Assembly: GCA_020137815.1 (NCBI GenBank)
Contig: CM035350.1
Location: 4,588,001-4,652,000, forward strand
Length of the DNA: 64,000 nt
Reading direction: 5' to 3'
Source: Hormiphora californensis
Lineage: Eukaryota > Animalia > Ctenophora
Of this stretch, positions 1 to 13,829 are shown one piece after another. The position numbers were made by a program, and so were the translations under genes. Each line of letters starts with the position of its first letter. Position 1 is the first letter of the stretch. The notes below the pieces were generated by a model that had not been told where the DNA came from, did not search any database, and saw only the letters and a program-made list of their open reading frames with translations.

Positions 1-43
1 CCAAGGAATTAAATTCATATAACTCCATGACACCCCTTGAGGA

Positions 44-1507
44 ATGATTTTATTAACTGTGGTTCTGTTTCAGCGCCCAATTTGTCTCCTGTTTGCCTCA
101 ACCATCTTTCTCCTTGGACTGTCGACGTGGTGGTTTAATGATACCTCAGCTTCCGTCGCTACAGCAACCTTACCTTCCGTTGCTATAGTATCCAACCAGT
201 ACATCAACTTGATAGATGAATCTAAAACCCCTGCAGTTCTGCCGGCTCAGGAATCCCACGTAGAAGTGCAGGAAGAACAAGACAGTACAAAACAGTACTT
301 GATAGATGAATCTAAAACCCCTGCAGTTCTGTCGACTCAGGAATCCCAAGTAGAAGAGCAGGAAGAACAAGACAGTACAAAACAGTACTTGATAGATGAA
401 TCTAAAACCCCTGCAGTTCTGTCGATTCAGGAATCCCACGTAGAAGAGCAGGAAGAACAAGGCATAAAACTTGAAGTGCCTCTTGCCACCCTCCCTGTTG
501 ATAAACCCCCTTCGGATGCCATCGGAAGAAAGGTTCTGGAAATCCAATCGAAAGACGTGTTGGAAGGCCTCCCCGAACACTATCTGCCAGACTACAAAAC
601 CTTCTGCTGGTACGACGCACACGACCAGTTTAGCTGCCTCCCCTCTCTCTACGTCATTGGTCTGCCAAAGTGTGCCACAACGGACCTCGCACGTACGCTC
701 GTACTACACCCGGAGATTGAGTTCAACCGACACGGGAAGGAGTACCACTACTGGACACGACGTCGTCTCGCCCGACCGATGTCGCTGTGGAACCGGAATA
801 AAGCGGGTTTAAAGGAGGATTTTATGGACTACGTTAAGGGTTTGGATGCCAGTAGAATTCGGGAGCGGAGGAATGTGGTGTGGGTGGATGGAACACCGTC
901 AATTTCGTTCGAATTGTTTGACATCGTCCCAAATATCAACTACACCAACGCGGATTTGCTCTACGCGGTGGTCCCCTCTGCCAAGATTATCATGATTCTC
1001 CGAGATCCCGTTGACCGGGCCTACTCTGGCTTCCACTACTTTAATACACACGCACCCCCGAAACGGACACCCGAAAACTTCCACACCGAGGTGGAGAAAT
1101 CGATTCGTCAGTGGGAAAAATGTTATAAAACACGGGGTGATCTGAAAAATTGCTGCTATCGGCCGGATCAACGGGATCTTAGCTTGACGATCTTTTTGAC
1201 GGTCGGTATCTACGTTTGCCACGTTGAATCGTGGTCCACACTGTACAGGGACAACTTTTATCTTCTCAACTTTGAGTACTATTCAAGGGACCGAGCTAAA
1301 AGTCTAGCGGAAATTTTCGAGTTTATTGGCGTATCACAGTTACCACAAGGGGAGATTGCAGGCTGGTCTGCAAAAAATAAAATTGAAAACCATCAAAAGC
1401 CATACCCGCAAATGCTAGAGAAAACTCGAGATCTGCTAAAGAAGTTTTACAGTCCGTTCAATGCAATGCTAGTGCAAATAACGGGAAGAGACGAATTTTT
1501 CTTCTAA
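44..1507 (+). CDS. Intronless Golgi type II membrane sulfotransferase (Sulfotransfer_1; CHST15/HS3ST-like), 487 aa
   Basis: N-terminal hydrophobic anchor and stem with ~30-aa repeats. 5'-PSB motif YVIGLPKCATTDL, KEYHYW, 3'-PB motif KIIMILRDPVDRAYS, and C-terminal LLKKFYSPFN. ORF is uninterrupted. Confidence 0.9.
   Translation: MILLTVVLFQRPICLLFASTIFLLGLSTWWFNDTSASVATATLPSVAIVSNQYINLIDESKTPAVLPAQESHVEVQEEQDSTKQYLIDESKTPAVLSTQESQVEEQEEQDSTKQYLIDESKTPAVLSIQESHVEEQEEQGIKLEVPLATLPVDKPPSDAIGRKVLEIQSKDVLEGLPEHYLPDYKTFCWYDAHDQFSCLPSLYVIGLPKCATTDLARTLVLHPEIEFNRHGKEYHYWTRRRLARPMSLWNRNKAGLKEDFMDYVKGLDASRIRERRNVVWVDGTPSISFELFDIVPNINYTNADLLYAVVPSAKIIMILRDPVDRAYSGFHYFNTHAPPKRTPENFHTEVEKSIRQWEKCYKTRGDLKNCCYRPDQRDLSLTIFLTVGIYVCHVESWSTLYRDNFYLLNFEYYSRDRAKSLAEIFEFIGVSQLPQGEIAGWSAKNKIENHQKPYPQMLEKTRDLLKKFYSPFNAMLVQITGRDEFFF
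196..460 (+). repeat. Three ~90-bp coding tandem repeats in the sulfotransferase stem
   Basis: LIDESKTPAVL..QES.VE.QEEQ occurs three times. Confidence 0.9.
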
Positions 1508-1992
1508 AAAATGGCAGTCACCCTGTGCAATTAAACATGTTTACTGTTTAGTCGCTTGACACTGCACACACGGTAGTACAGACTACATCTAGCGAAGGAA
1601 GAACTACTGATTAGTGATAGACAAAGCTAACACTTTTCGTCAGTAGACGACTAAACTGACGTACTGATGAAAAGCGTTAGCTTCGAAACAATTGTTTACC
1701 ACTTATCAGTAGTTCTTCTTTTGTTAGTCACTGGCTCTCCGGTACTGTTCGTGATCGAGCTCACTACTACTGCAGAATACATCGAGTACAGACTTCTAGT
1801 GTTCAACGGGTATTCCGTGTTCGCAAAGTTGTCATTACCTTTGTTATCAGCCAGAATTTTATTGTGCTTTTCTAGTTTTGTTTTACAGTTTACAATAAAT
1901 TATTAAATCTATATAATTTACACAATTTAATTGTATAAATAAGTTTTAGTGCACACAGCAGGCCAGAGGCCTTCCCTTCGTGGGTCCACCTA

Positions 1993-3374
<1,382 letters not shown>

Positions 3375-3936
3375 TAAATTAAATACGTATCACCTCTCAG
3401 CCACTCTCAAAATTCAAACAGCTGAGGGATGGTGGAGGATAGAAATGAGAACGGATGGTGGAGGATATGTAAAATGGTGAAGGATAGGACGGATGGAACT
3501 CGGTTGCGTCGGGGGGGGGGTACCAACCTATTTTTTTGTATTTTTTTGTATTTTTTTGTACGGTCCGTACAAAAAAATAACCAAAATTCCCTGCTTTTTC
3601 CGTACAAAAAATACAAAAAAATACAAAAAAATACAAAAAAATATACTGCTGAAGGGAACTTCTTTAGGGCCCCCTATAAGTCTCTAGAGGTTTGCGGGGT
3701 CCTTATACTGGCCTGTATAGCCCTCTAGTTTCGTAGTACTCATAATCCCGGTGTCCCAGCATATTTTTTGGCCGAGAATGGCCAAAATTTATCCCCATTT
3801 TGGCCGATTTTTTCCCGTGGTCTAAGTTAGTTTGATAATAGTTCAAGATAGTGGAACTTTAATTAAATTGTAGTCTAAAAACGGTTGAGGTTTTGAATCT
3901 AATTTTTTTATAGTATTTTAAAAGTTTTGAAAAAAA

Positions 3937-4009
3937 TGGTCCGGGCGAGTTACGAACCCGGGACCTTCCGCGTGTCAAGCAGATGTAATAACCACTACAC
4001 CATGGAGGA
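3937..4009 (-). pseudogene. tRNA-Val-derived pseudogene (anticodon GAC) inside the transposon
   Basis: Minus strand TCCTCCA TG GTGTAGTGGTTATTAC A TCTGC TTGACAC GCGGA AGGTC CCGGG TTCGTAA CTCGC CCGGACC A matches the tRNA-Val D, anticodon and T arms. The acceptor stem does not pair. Confidence 0.75.
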
Positions 4010-4675
4010 GCTGACATGACTGCGATTTGAGAGTATATATTCTAGCGCGCACACAATTGGCCGGGGGAGAGAGGCCGATTCGGCTTTTTCAGTTTTTCGG
4101 CCTTCTTATGCCTCCTTTTTCCAGGCATGAGGGGGAATAAGTAGGCATATTCGGCCGAAAAAATGAAATTTCATCAGAAAATAAAGCTTGGGCACTATCC
4201 CGACATATTTTTGCACGCTGAATCACGTGAGCTACTTTTTAAAGTGCTCAGAGGTGAGGAAAGTGCCCTAATTGGCCATAATTGAACCTAATTGGTCAAA
4301 AATTGAAATTTCATAGAAGACATTGAATAGTCAAGTTTGAGCACTAACCCCACTAATTTTGGTACGCTGAGTTACGTGAGCTACTTTTTGAAATCCTCTG
4401 ATGCCAATTAAGGGTGCTAATTGACATAATTGGATGTTAATTGGTAATGCTGAAGAATGTATTATGTAATGTCATTACCCACTATCCCCACACATGTGAG
4501 GCTTGTTCCCTTGTTCGTAAATCGGCACTTTTTGCATTTCCATTGCTTGCATGTCGTGTATTTAGGCATCGCTAATGCTATGAATTTCTGCACATTAGTA
4601 AGACTTGTTCTAGTTAGGAGTCGTGGGGACGGGGAATGGTAAAATAAACTAAATAAACACTCTAGAGGCCTTTAA

Positions 4676-5978
4676 GGGTACACCTGGCGTTTTTCATCAT
4701 CGAGTGCCCAACCAAATGACTTCACCAGGGTTTAGGCCATACAAAATGGACCTCAAATATGCAATTTTAGCCCTAAATTCGAATTCATATTTTTGCTACA
4801 GCCTATTTTCAAAGTGGCGTTTTTTCAATTTTTGTTGGAATTTTTAACCTCAGGACCACTTTTTTTGAGATAGAAACAATAAATTCTTGGAATTTGAAGA
4901 GAATATAAAGGTGAATAAGCCCAAAGAAGGATTTTTGAAATGGAGCTTATTTCTGACCATGAGAACGGTTTACTTTTTTGCTTCTTTGACACGCTGGCTG
5001 AGAATGTTCCCATGCTTCATTAGAGATGAAAATCTGGAAATAGTTGCTCAAAACGATTATCTATGTGGCCCAAAAATTTTGGAACTTTCCCGCAAAAGAT
5101 GCGGTGTACAGAGCTTGTTTTGTAAAACCCGTCTTTTTGAAAAAGAGGGAAATTCCCTGTATCTCAAAAACGGATGATCGTAGAGACCTGCGACCAAGCT
5201 TAATCGATTCAGAAGGTCCGATTTTGGGGGGGTCTTCTGAGAGACATTTTGCTCCTACTCCAACCGTTTTTGTTGTAATTGCAAAAAACCAATTCTATGA
5301 AAAGGGGGAACAACTCTATTCCAGTAGCCTGCTTCGGGCTGATTTCCCCCTTACTTGCTGATACCTTTTTCGCAATTACAGCAAAAACGGTTGGAGTAGG
5401 AGCAAAATGTCTCTCAGAAGACCCCCCCAAAATCGGACCTTCTGAATCGATTAAGCTTGGTCGCAGGTCTCTACGATCATCCGTTTTTGAGATACAGGGA
5501 ATTTCCCTCTTTTTCAAAAAGACGGGTTTTACAAAACAAGCTCTGTACACCGCATCTTTTGCGGGAAAGTTCCAAAATTTTTGGGCCACATAGATAATCG
5601 TTTTGAGCAACTATTTCCAGATTTTCATCTCTAATGAAGCATGGGAACATTCTCAGCCAGCGTGTCAAAGAAGCAAAAAAGTAAACCGTTCTCATGGTCA
5701 GAAATAAGCTCCATTTCAAAAATCCTTCTTTGGGCTTATTCACTTTTATATTCTCTTCAAATTCCAAGAATTTATTGTTTCTATCTCAAAAAAAGTGGTC
5801 CTGAGGTTAAAAATTCCAACAAAAATTGAAAAAACGCCACTTTGAAAATAGGCTGTAGCAAAAATATGAATTCGAATTTAGGGCTAAAATTGCATATTTG
5901 AGGTCCATTTTGTATGGCCTAAACCCTGGTGAAGTCATTTGGTTGGGCACTCGATGATGAAAAACGCCAGGTGTACCC
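4676..5978. mobile_element. Foldback/palindromic element with ~610-bp arms and TTAA TSD (Kolobok-like termini), nested in 3511-6165
   Basis: Arms 4676-5288 and 5366-5978 are near-perfect reverse complements (mirror ORFs 4887-5177/5477-5767). TTAA|GGGTACACC...GGTGTACCC|TTAA. Confidence 0.85.
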
Positions 5979-6624
5979 TTAAAGGCCAATAGAAGGACCT
6001 CGAGCGCCTCTAGAGACCTGTAGAAGGCACCAAAGAAGTTCCCGACAGCAGTAAACTTTTTTGTATTTTTTTGTATTTTTTTGTATTTTTTTGTACGGAC
6101 CGTACAAAAAAAATATTGCCTGCTTTTTCCGTACATCCGTACACAAAAATGGTTGGTACCCCCCCGTTGCGTCTCAGAGCTACAAATCCACCCTTTTTGC
6201 ATCATCCTCAATTTACATTTAATATACCGCTTTACAGCATACAATTGGTAAGATCACACTTTACGGCTATCTTCCTGCTTTTAAAAGCGGTTTTACTCTA
6301 CTAGATCAATAGACAAGAGACGAGTTCAGAACTAGTTTTTATAAATGTTCAAGCGTCCCTTGTTGTTTCCTCCACACTCTTTCCACGGATTATGTAGTGG
6401 GTTCCAGGGGATCGCTTTATTTTCTCATTCAGTTCAACTACCAGCTGCTTCCGTTCTTTCCGTTCTTCCTCAGTTCTATCGGGAGAAATAAAAACTTTGT
6501 AGAACTTATCAGTCCCTTTTAGCAGGCATTTCTTTGACAGGATCGACATTTGAGCGTCTCTGCTCCTCAGCACAACTCAGCACAACTCGGAAATGTTCAA
6601 GTCGTGCACAATCAAGTCACGCCC

Positions 6625-8106
6625 ACGGAAAACGTTAAAATCTGGGTGCCTTTAATTGCTAACAATTCGTAGTTTTAGCGCGCGCGACGGGTTAGGGCTA
6701 TCAGTTAGGGTCTGGTTAGGGTTTGGTTTGGGGTTATCGGTTAGGGCTATCGATTTTCTATTAGTTACCGTTTAGTTTTCTCAAATTGGCAATGTGGTTG
6801 CGTGGCTATAACCGTTTGAAAAAAGTCGGTCTAAGTGTACTCTTTTGGTAGCGCGCACCTGTAAACAGGCCGCAAGGCACCCAGATTATAATCGCGCCCC
6901 ACGCCCACCAATCACAGCTCAGAAAGAGCGAAGCACTCGGGCGTTTGGCAAACGTTGCTGGCAAACGCAGCGCGGGATAAGGCAGCGCTTTTCAACTCGG
7001 GCGTGCACAAAAAATTCGAGCCAAGAAAATGTGTGAGCGGGCAAGGCCAAGAAATAAAAAGCTCGTGTGTGAGCGTGCGCGGCCCCCTTTGTGCAGCGTC
7101 AAATTTTTTGGGGCGGCGCGGCGCTCAGTTCACACAAAAAGTGCAGCGCATTTCAAAATTTTCTTAGAAAAGACGACACGCGCCGCGTGTTTTTGAAGTT
7201 GTCACCCCCGGAAAACGTTAAAATCTGGGTGCCTTTCATATACTCCATTTTTTTTCAACTGTTCACCCCCCAAAGTCGTGCGCGGAATTGTTTTGCGCGT
7301 TTATCACATGTTAACGTGTAGCGCGCGCAGCGTAAATTAAAATATCGCACGCGCATGAGTTGAGGGGTGAACAGTTGAATAAAAATGGACTTTAAGGAAC
7401 CATAATAAAGTTCAAGAGCCTCCAAGAGCACCCAAGAGCGTACCCGATCAAAGAGAGACCACACCTGAGAGCGCACCACACCCAAAAGAGACCACATCCA
7501 AGAGCGCACCACCTCCAGAAGACACCACTTCAAGAGCGCACCACATCAAAGAGAGCTCCCCATCCAGAAGATACCACGCGCAGGGGACACCACGCGCAGA
7601 AGAGACCAGCGCGGCGTTGTATTTGCGCGTGCGGTCTCTTCTGCGCGTGGTGTCCCCTGCGCGCGGTATCTTCTGGACGGGGAGCTCTCTTTGATGTGGT
7701 GCGCTCTTGGAGTGGTGTCTTTTGGAGGTGGTACGCTCTTGGATGTGGTGCGCTCTTGAACTTTATTATGGTTCCTTATTGCTAACAATTCGTAGTTTTG
7801 GCGCGCGCGATGGGTTAGGGCTATCCGTTAGGGTCTGGTTAGTGTTTGGTTTGGGGTTATCGGTTAGGGCTATCGATTCTCTAACTGATACCGTTTAGTT
7901 TACACTTTACTCAAATCGGCCATGTGGTTCCATGGCTATAGCCGTTTGAAAAAAGTCGGTCTAAGTATACTCTTTTGGTAGTGCGCACCTGTAAACAGGC
8001 TGCAAGGCACCCAGATTATAATCAGCGCCCGTCACCACCCGCGGGATAACCGTTAAAATCTGGGCCCAGACTGGGCCTGCGCCCCGCGGGGGTGACAACT
8101 TCAAAA
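6625..8106. mobile_element. Composite repeat: ~250-bp direct repeats with TTAGGG-like motifs, an internal palindrome and a TIR pair
   Basis: 6654-6900 matches 7778-8030. Imperfect palindrome 7392-7778. TTTTGAAGTTGTCACCCC (7191) / GGGGTGACAACTTCAAAA (~8089-8106). Confidence 0.6.
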
Positions 8107-8802
8107 AATCCGACTTTATGTTAAACTAAGCGCTGGTGATTGATGAAGAAAGCGGACAATAAATGTATATTTGTATTTAGGTACGGGTTTTCGTTCTGTT
8201 GTATTGGTTTATGGTTGATGGTTGATGTTGGATTGCTGTTTGTTGATTTATTTTTTTGTTGTTGATTTATTGATACACTACCAAAGAAGGAGGGTACGCT
8301 TGAAACACAAGGAAATAAAAAGGGGAATAAATAAACAGTACAATTCAGATCCTGGAGGCTAGGGCAAAAGTGAGAGTCCTCTTCCTTCCTCGTACTCTTC
8401 CTTCTCGTCGGTCCTCTATCGTGCTTCCTCTCGCCAAATCACCTCTCCGTCACTTGTCTGTTGCACACGTCTGCCACCGCGTCCCATCGTCGTCCCATGC
8501 TGCCATAATAATACTGCAAAAAAGAGAGATTCGTCTGGTAATGAGTAGTGAGCACGGGTCACGACCTCATAAATTTGCTTCCTATTGTGACAGCACTGAA
8601 GAACTGTTGGATGAAGTAGTAATACAGCCAAACCGGACTCCTTGGAGGAAGTGCTTTTGTTCGGTATATGGTCCCGGTATATATGTGATATCGGTTTGCA
8701 GGGTATAACACTTTGCACAGTAAATCTAGGCCTAGATTCTAGACGGTAAATCGCGTGAGGGAGTGAGGTTATTGGTTTAGTTATTGCCGTCTAATAATCC
8801 TT

Positions 8803-8863
8803 TATTCAATAGAATTCATCCTATATTCAATAGAATTCATCCTATATTCAATAGAATTCATCC
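8803..8863. repeat. 21-bp tandem repeat x3
   Basis: TATTCAATAGAATTCATCCTA repeated. Confidence 0.8.
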
Positions 8864-9581
8864 CTAGCGTTCGAGACTCGAGAGACAAACTTTCTCGCTG
8901 AAATCACTGCTCCAACCGTGACCTAGTTAGATTCGATAGAACGGTGATTTTATACGAAAGTTATTCTCTTTTGCTAGTACACTTGCTTTATCAGGGGGTC
9001 ACAAAAACCTTCACCTGGTACTGTAAATATAATATAAAATGAGTGTGGGTCACACACAATAGTTGGAAATACAGTTAGCTGTTCATGAGGGGCGTCGGGC
9101 AGTGGATGTTTTTAGAACGTCGGTATAATGTATACTGGGCAAAACATACATCCATGGGTTTGACTTTTGTTGGTACATATATATTTTAAATATTCGACAT
9201 ACTTCGATTTTCTGGCAGTAGATTTCGTCTCTGTTGGTTTATCTATTAATCTTTGGGAGACGTCCCTGGAGGTGCAAGGGATGCCGTTTGATCAAAACAA
9301 AGAATCTCCTCAAGTTTCAATCTTTCGATCCATATTATATGCTTACATTTGCGTCAGTTTTTTCATTTCCTGTCTCAATTTTACCAAAAACTGTTTGCTA
9401 TAAACTTACTAACACCAGAAAAAGAATATAATTCGATATTGACCTCTATTTCTTCCTCTAGCCTTGGTGGCTCAGCCGAACAGAAGTCTCTCTCCCCGGA
9501 TTTATGGTGGTACGTATTTGAAATTGTGATACATTTTTAGACTTTAGATATTAATACTTACATTCTCAACGACTCGAAAAG

Positions 9582-9621
<40 letters not shown>

Positions 9622-10202
9622 AATACATACAAATACATCCACCGTACAAACACTATTACACACAAACATTCTACCCCGTTCTACCCACTCTATCATTCAT
9701 TCCCCTTATTATTTTCCCTTTATTTTCTCGATGATTTAGTGTTGTAATGGAGGCGTGTGAAACATCCTCAGGCAGTCTGTGGCATCCTGTCACTATCTCT
9801 CTCTCTCTCTCTCTCCCTCTCTCTCTCTCTCTGTCACTGAATTATCATGTCTCTCCGTTTTCTCTTCCGTGTTTTTCTCATTCTGATATGCAATATATAC
9901 CCTGTCTTATTTCATCCTCTCGCCATCTTTCTCTCCCTATCATTTTTTCCCTCTGTGAAGACCTATGCAAAGTGAATATTTTTTTCCATTTTCACTCTCG
10001 CTTCGTAATGTTTTCATGGATGTGGAAACCCTCTTCTCTTCAACTATCTACCAAGGTCAATATAAAATACCGTGTCTTCTTCTACTGTCTGTGTGGAAAT
10101 GGTGTAGATAAGGGTAATGTTAGTGTTTTATAATGTGGTGGGTGTCCGTGTAAAAGTGCGAGAAAAGATGTTACATGCACGGCTCACATCGTACCCCCAG
10201 CA

Positions 10203-10329
<127 letters not shown>

Positions 10330-10924
10330 CTCTCTCTCTCAATCTCTCTCTCTTTATCCATCACTGACCTACTGTCTCCTTCTTTGTATTACACGCACAT
10401 TCCCCCATTCGCTGCTTTTTCTCTCATCGTTATATGAAACCCGATAGTTGATTTATCAGTCGTCTGAAGAATTTGCGCGCACATGATAACCGCCAGCTGG
10501 GAGATTTAACACCCTCCTCGCAGTTTGACAGACCAGTTCTCTCTTTCACGCGTTTCTCTTCATTTGAATAACATGCGTGTAAAATTCTAAGTATTGAAAA
10601 TGTGTGTAAACACACAGTTCTGTCAACAAAAGAAAGGGGAAACATGTCTGCAACACGTTTCAATGTTATCTCTCTCATAAGGAGTGAAAAGAATCACATT
10701 CCATTCATTTCTCTCTCTCATTGTCTCTTTTACTGTTCACTCCCTCTGACAGTGTGTATTGCCCCTAATCTTTCTCTCTCTTTCTCAAACATGTTAGGAA
10801 CAGTAGACACTAAGTCTACACACATTTTCACGGTGTCTGTTGACTAATTGCCAGCAGTCCTAGTGTGTTTCACCTTGTGTTGTGTCTCTTATTTGTGTGT
10901 AATTACTATCGGGTTTCATAAAAT

Positions 10925-11116
10925 ATGAACGTTTGTTAGCCTATCGCGTTATAGGTTTAAATCACCTCCCCCTCACCCTCGGCTGGCGCCTCGGGATCGG
11001 CGTCGGGATTTAAACCAGTTTAATCGCCCTGCCGGGCGATTAAACTCCAGTTGGCTGTCCCCAGCTCGCGCTGGCGACAGCCAACTTGATAACGCGCCAG
11101 TCTACAAACGTTCATA
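10925..11116. mobile_element. Small MITE with internal hairpins
   Basis: Imperfect TIR ATGAACGTTTGT..GCGTTAT / ATAACGCG..ACAAACGTTCAT. Hairpin AGTTGGCTGTC-CCAGCTCGCGCTGG-GACAGCCAACT. Confidence 0.65.
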
Positions 11117-11687
11117 CTTCATGTATAATCTTTACCTGCTGCTATTTCAAAAATAAAAATCCCCCAATTTCCCACATTCAACGACCAGCTGCTGCCTTTT
11201 GTATTATCATTTTATCATCTCTCTCTGACGACTCTCTCCGCGACTGTCTTCCTGACTGTTTCTAACATAAGAAATTTTCAGGAAGCAGCTGCTGGAGAGA
11301 CGAGGAGTGAAAGATGAGGGAAAAAGAAAATCACGATGGTCATGACTCATCAGTGTCATGACTCATGGCTCCTGAAAAGAGCGACTGCGATGAGTTTGAT
11401 ACATTTTTGTGGACAATTTGAAATTAAATTGTCGGTAGTGTGTCTTTTGAACTGTTGTTCTGTTGTTGTTGATTTTACTACTTGTTTACTTTGGTATGCT
11501 TTACACGAATGGAACAATGGATAGGCATGTCTCTCTCTCTCTTTCTCCCTCATGCCTCAGTCCCCCTCTCTTTCTCTCTCTCTCTCTCTCTCTCCCTCTC
11601 TCTCTATCTATCTCTCTCTTTTTTTCCTCTCTCCTCTCTCTCTCTCTCCTCTCTCCTCTCTCTCTCTCATCTCTCTCTCTCAAATGT

Positions 11688-12119
11688 GTACATGCACGAG
11701 ACAATTGTCTGTCGAATGCCGCTTGTTTAAGGTCGTACAATTCTGGTTCGTCTCAAACTGGGACAAAACGGAAGGTAACAAAGCGTCTATCCATGTATGT
11801 ATGTATGTATGTATGTATCAACCTAGTTATCCCCCACACTGAATTTTCTGTTTTTGGGGTGGTGTTATAACTTTTGAACAAAAAGACCAGCCACTTGAAA
11901 TTTTTACCACCATCGATAGAGGTCTACAAGAAGCTTCTAAGTCAAAATTTCAGCTTCCTAGCTCTTCTGGTTCGGGAGTTATGGTTGTGTCAAAAAGTGC
12001 CAAAATGGGCTAAAGTATGAAATAACTATATAATACGCGTGGAGCAAGCGGGCCGTTTTGGGGAAAATTTTTTTCGGGGGATGGATGGGGTCACCTTTGC
12101 GCTTGCCAGCGCAGTGATT
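11688..12119 (+). mobile_element. 3' part of HINE element (partial copy)
   Basis: Matches 16302-16733 and the reverse complement of 1993-2420. Confidence 0.7.
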
Positions 12120-12397
12120 GGCCCTCCGCTAGTTTTACCTCCACATTTTGTTACCGTGTTGCTCTGTTTGATTTCCTCGATGCCACTTTTTGTAACTCTG
12201 TCGTTTAAACACACGTTGCTTTTCTATCCTATGTACTCAATATAAGCGTGTGGAAGATTGCCCTGCAGTCGTGCAGGGGGGAGATGTACCACCTGTACCA
12301 ACAGGAACTTAGCTGTTGTTGTCAGGACAACAGGAGAGTTTCCAGGACAACAGGAGTAGTCCGTTACCAAGGACAACACCCCCGGGTTACTACCACA

Positions 12398-13046
12398 ATG
12401 GGGGTCGACAACACCTGCCTCAGAGACAAGATACTGGTGTTGAATGAACTGAAGAAGCACAACAATAACATCCAACTGGTTTCCGAAAAGACAGGATTTG
12501 ATAAGGAGACGATTAAAAAGTGGGCAAACCAAAAAAAACAAGAAACAGTGCGCCTGTCAAGGCAAAGAAGAGGCGAGAGGTGGTGGTGGGGCTGTGACAG
12601 GAGGGTGGTGGAGGTACAAGCAAACCATCTCTCGCAGCAGCGGTAACCCCTGCACCCACTGACGGGAAGGACAAGTCCGTCTATACCATGACTGTGGATG
12701 AGAAACTATGGATGTTATAACAAGTATCGAGATGCAGGTCATTACGTTACCGCGGGACGCCTCCGGGATTTAACACATCGGATAATCAACGAGAACGAGC
12801 TGAGTGATTTTGAGTATTCGATTGAGTGGTTGCGGGGTGGATGGAGGGTTATAAGCTTATCCATCACAAGGAAAGTAGCACAGAGAGTAGTTCCCCAGTG
12901 GGGATATCTGTAGTGAGGAGAGGAGGAGAGAAGGTGAAGGAAGCGGAGAAAGCAAGGAGGAGGATGAGAGGGCAGGCAGGGCTGATATACTGAGTAGTGA
13001 GGATCTTGTCTTCAAACAAGACGAATACGATTCGGTAATGATCTAA
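12398..13046 (+). pseudogene. Frameshifted duplicate of the CENP-B-type HTH gene (likely low-quality assembly copy)
   Basis: Near-identical to 17008-17664 but with many small indels, mostly deletions. Confidence 0.7.
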
Positions 13047-13829
13047 TAGAGCTTGTCATTCCTTGTCACGATCACTTTAATAATACATTAGTTGGACACA
13101 AATAGTGCGCTATTCATGTTTTGTGTACTGTCTTCATTAAAAAGGTATCTACATATCAATATCTACGCATCATGGTTAACCTCTTTTATTGCCACTGTAT
13201 CGTTCTATGTACTTTTCCTCTTTGACAACCATTCATCTCATCCATTTCTTCTTCCTTACTATAACTCTCCCCCTCTGATTTGTTGAGAGAGGGAGAAAGA
13301 GACAGAGAGACAGAGAGAGAGAAAACTTTATACGGCCGAGCTTTAATGGGTCCTCCTCTGTTCGATTTTTAAGCGGTAACAGGTACAGGGCACTCTAAGT
13401 GCACTCTAAAGATAGTTTCAAACAGTCGCTTGTGTCTGCATGTCTGTCTCTGCTGTAGGCGCCTATCTGCCTGTCTATCATATCTGTCTGTTTTTCTGTC
13501 TGTCTCCTTTGTTTACGTGTCTATTGTAAACAACACAGTAGACCCCATGTTTTGTGTGGTAAAAAACGTTTTGTTGTGTGTGGGTCTCCGTAGAGTGTTA
13601 TTGTTTTCAAAAGTCAAAAGGAGAGAAGTTCATCAGAAGTTACCACGAGAGTCGAGAGCTATTCTGAAAAAAAATTATAAAATAAAGTGGAAATAGTAAT
13701 CTCTTTATGCTGTCCTCTGTCTGTGGTCGTGAGAGCGTGAGAAGCAGTTCTCTCTACACTCCTGCTCTAGTGGCTTACTTTTTACCATAATTCATTCTTT
13801 ATTATATGCTTTTCTTTTTATTGAATGTT

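Larger units (their letters stand above)
3511..6165. mobile_element. Non-autonomous TIR DNA transposon with 8-bp TSD
   Basis: TIR G(n)TACCAACC...GGTTGGTAC(n). TSD GTTGCGTC at 3503-3510 and 6166-6173. Subterminal TTTTTTGTA repeats. No transposase ORF. Confidence 0.8.

Noticed and set aside
635-985. CCC-T as a deterministic frameshift signal
   Set aside because: In-frame CCC-T is read through in the intact sulfotransferase (LPSLY, VVPSA) and in CK2 (EPFF), so it is not sufficient.
3937-4009. Functional tRNA-Val gene
   Set aside because: The acceptor stem is unpaired and the T-stem has a mismatch; reported as a pseudogene.
4887-5767. Mirror-image ORF pairs
   Set aside because: By-product of the palindrome; no transposase or other motifs.
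6690-6750. Telomeric TTAGGG array
   Set aside because: Only scattered degenerate motifs inside an interspersed repeat.
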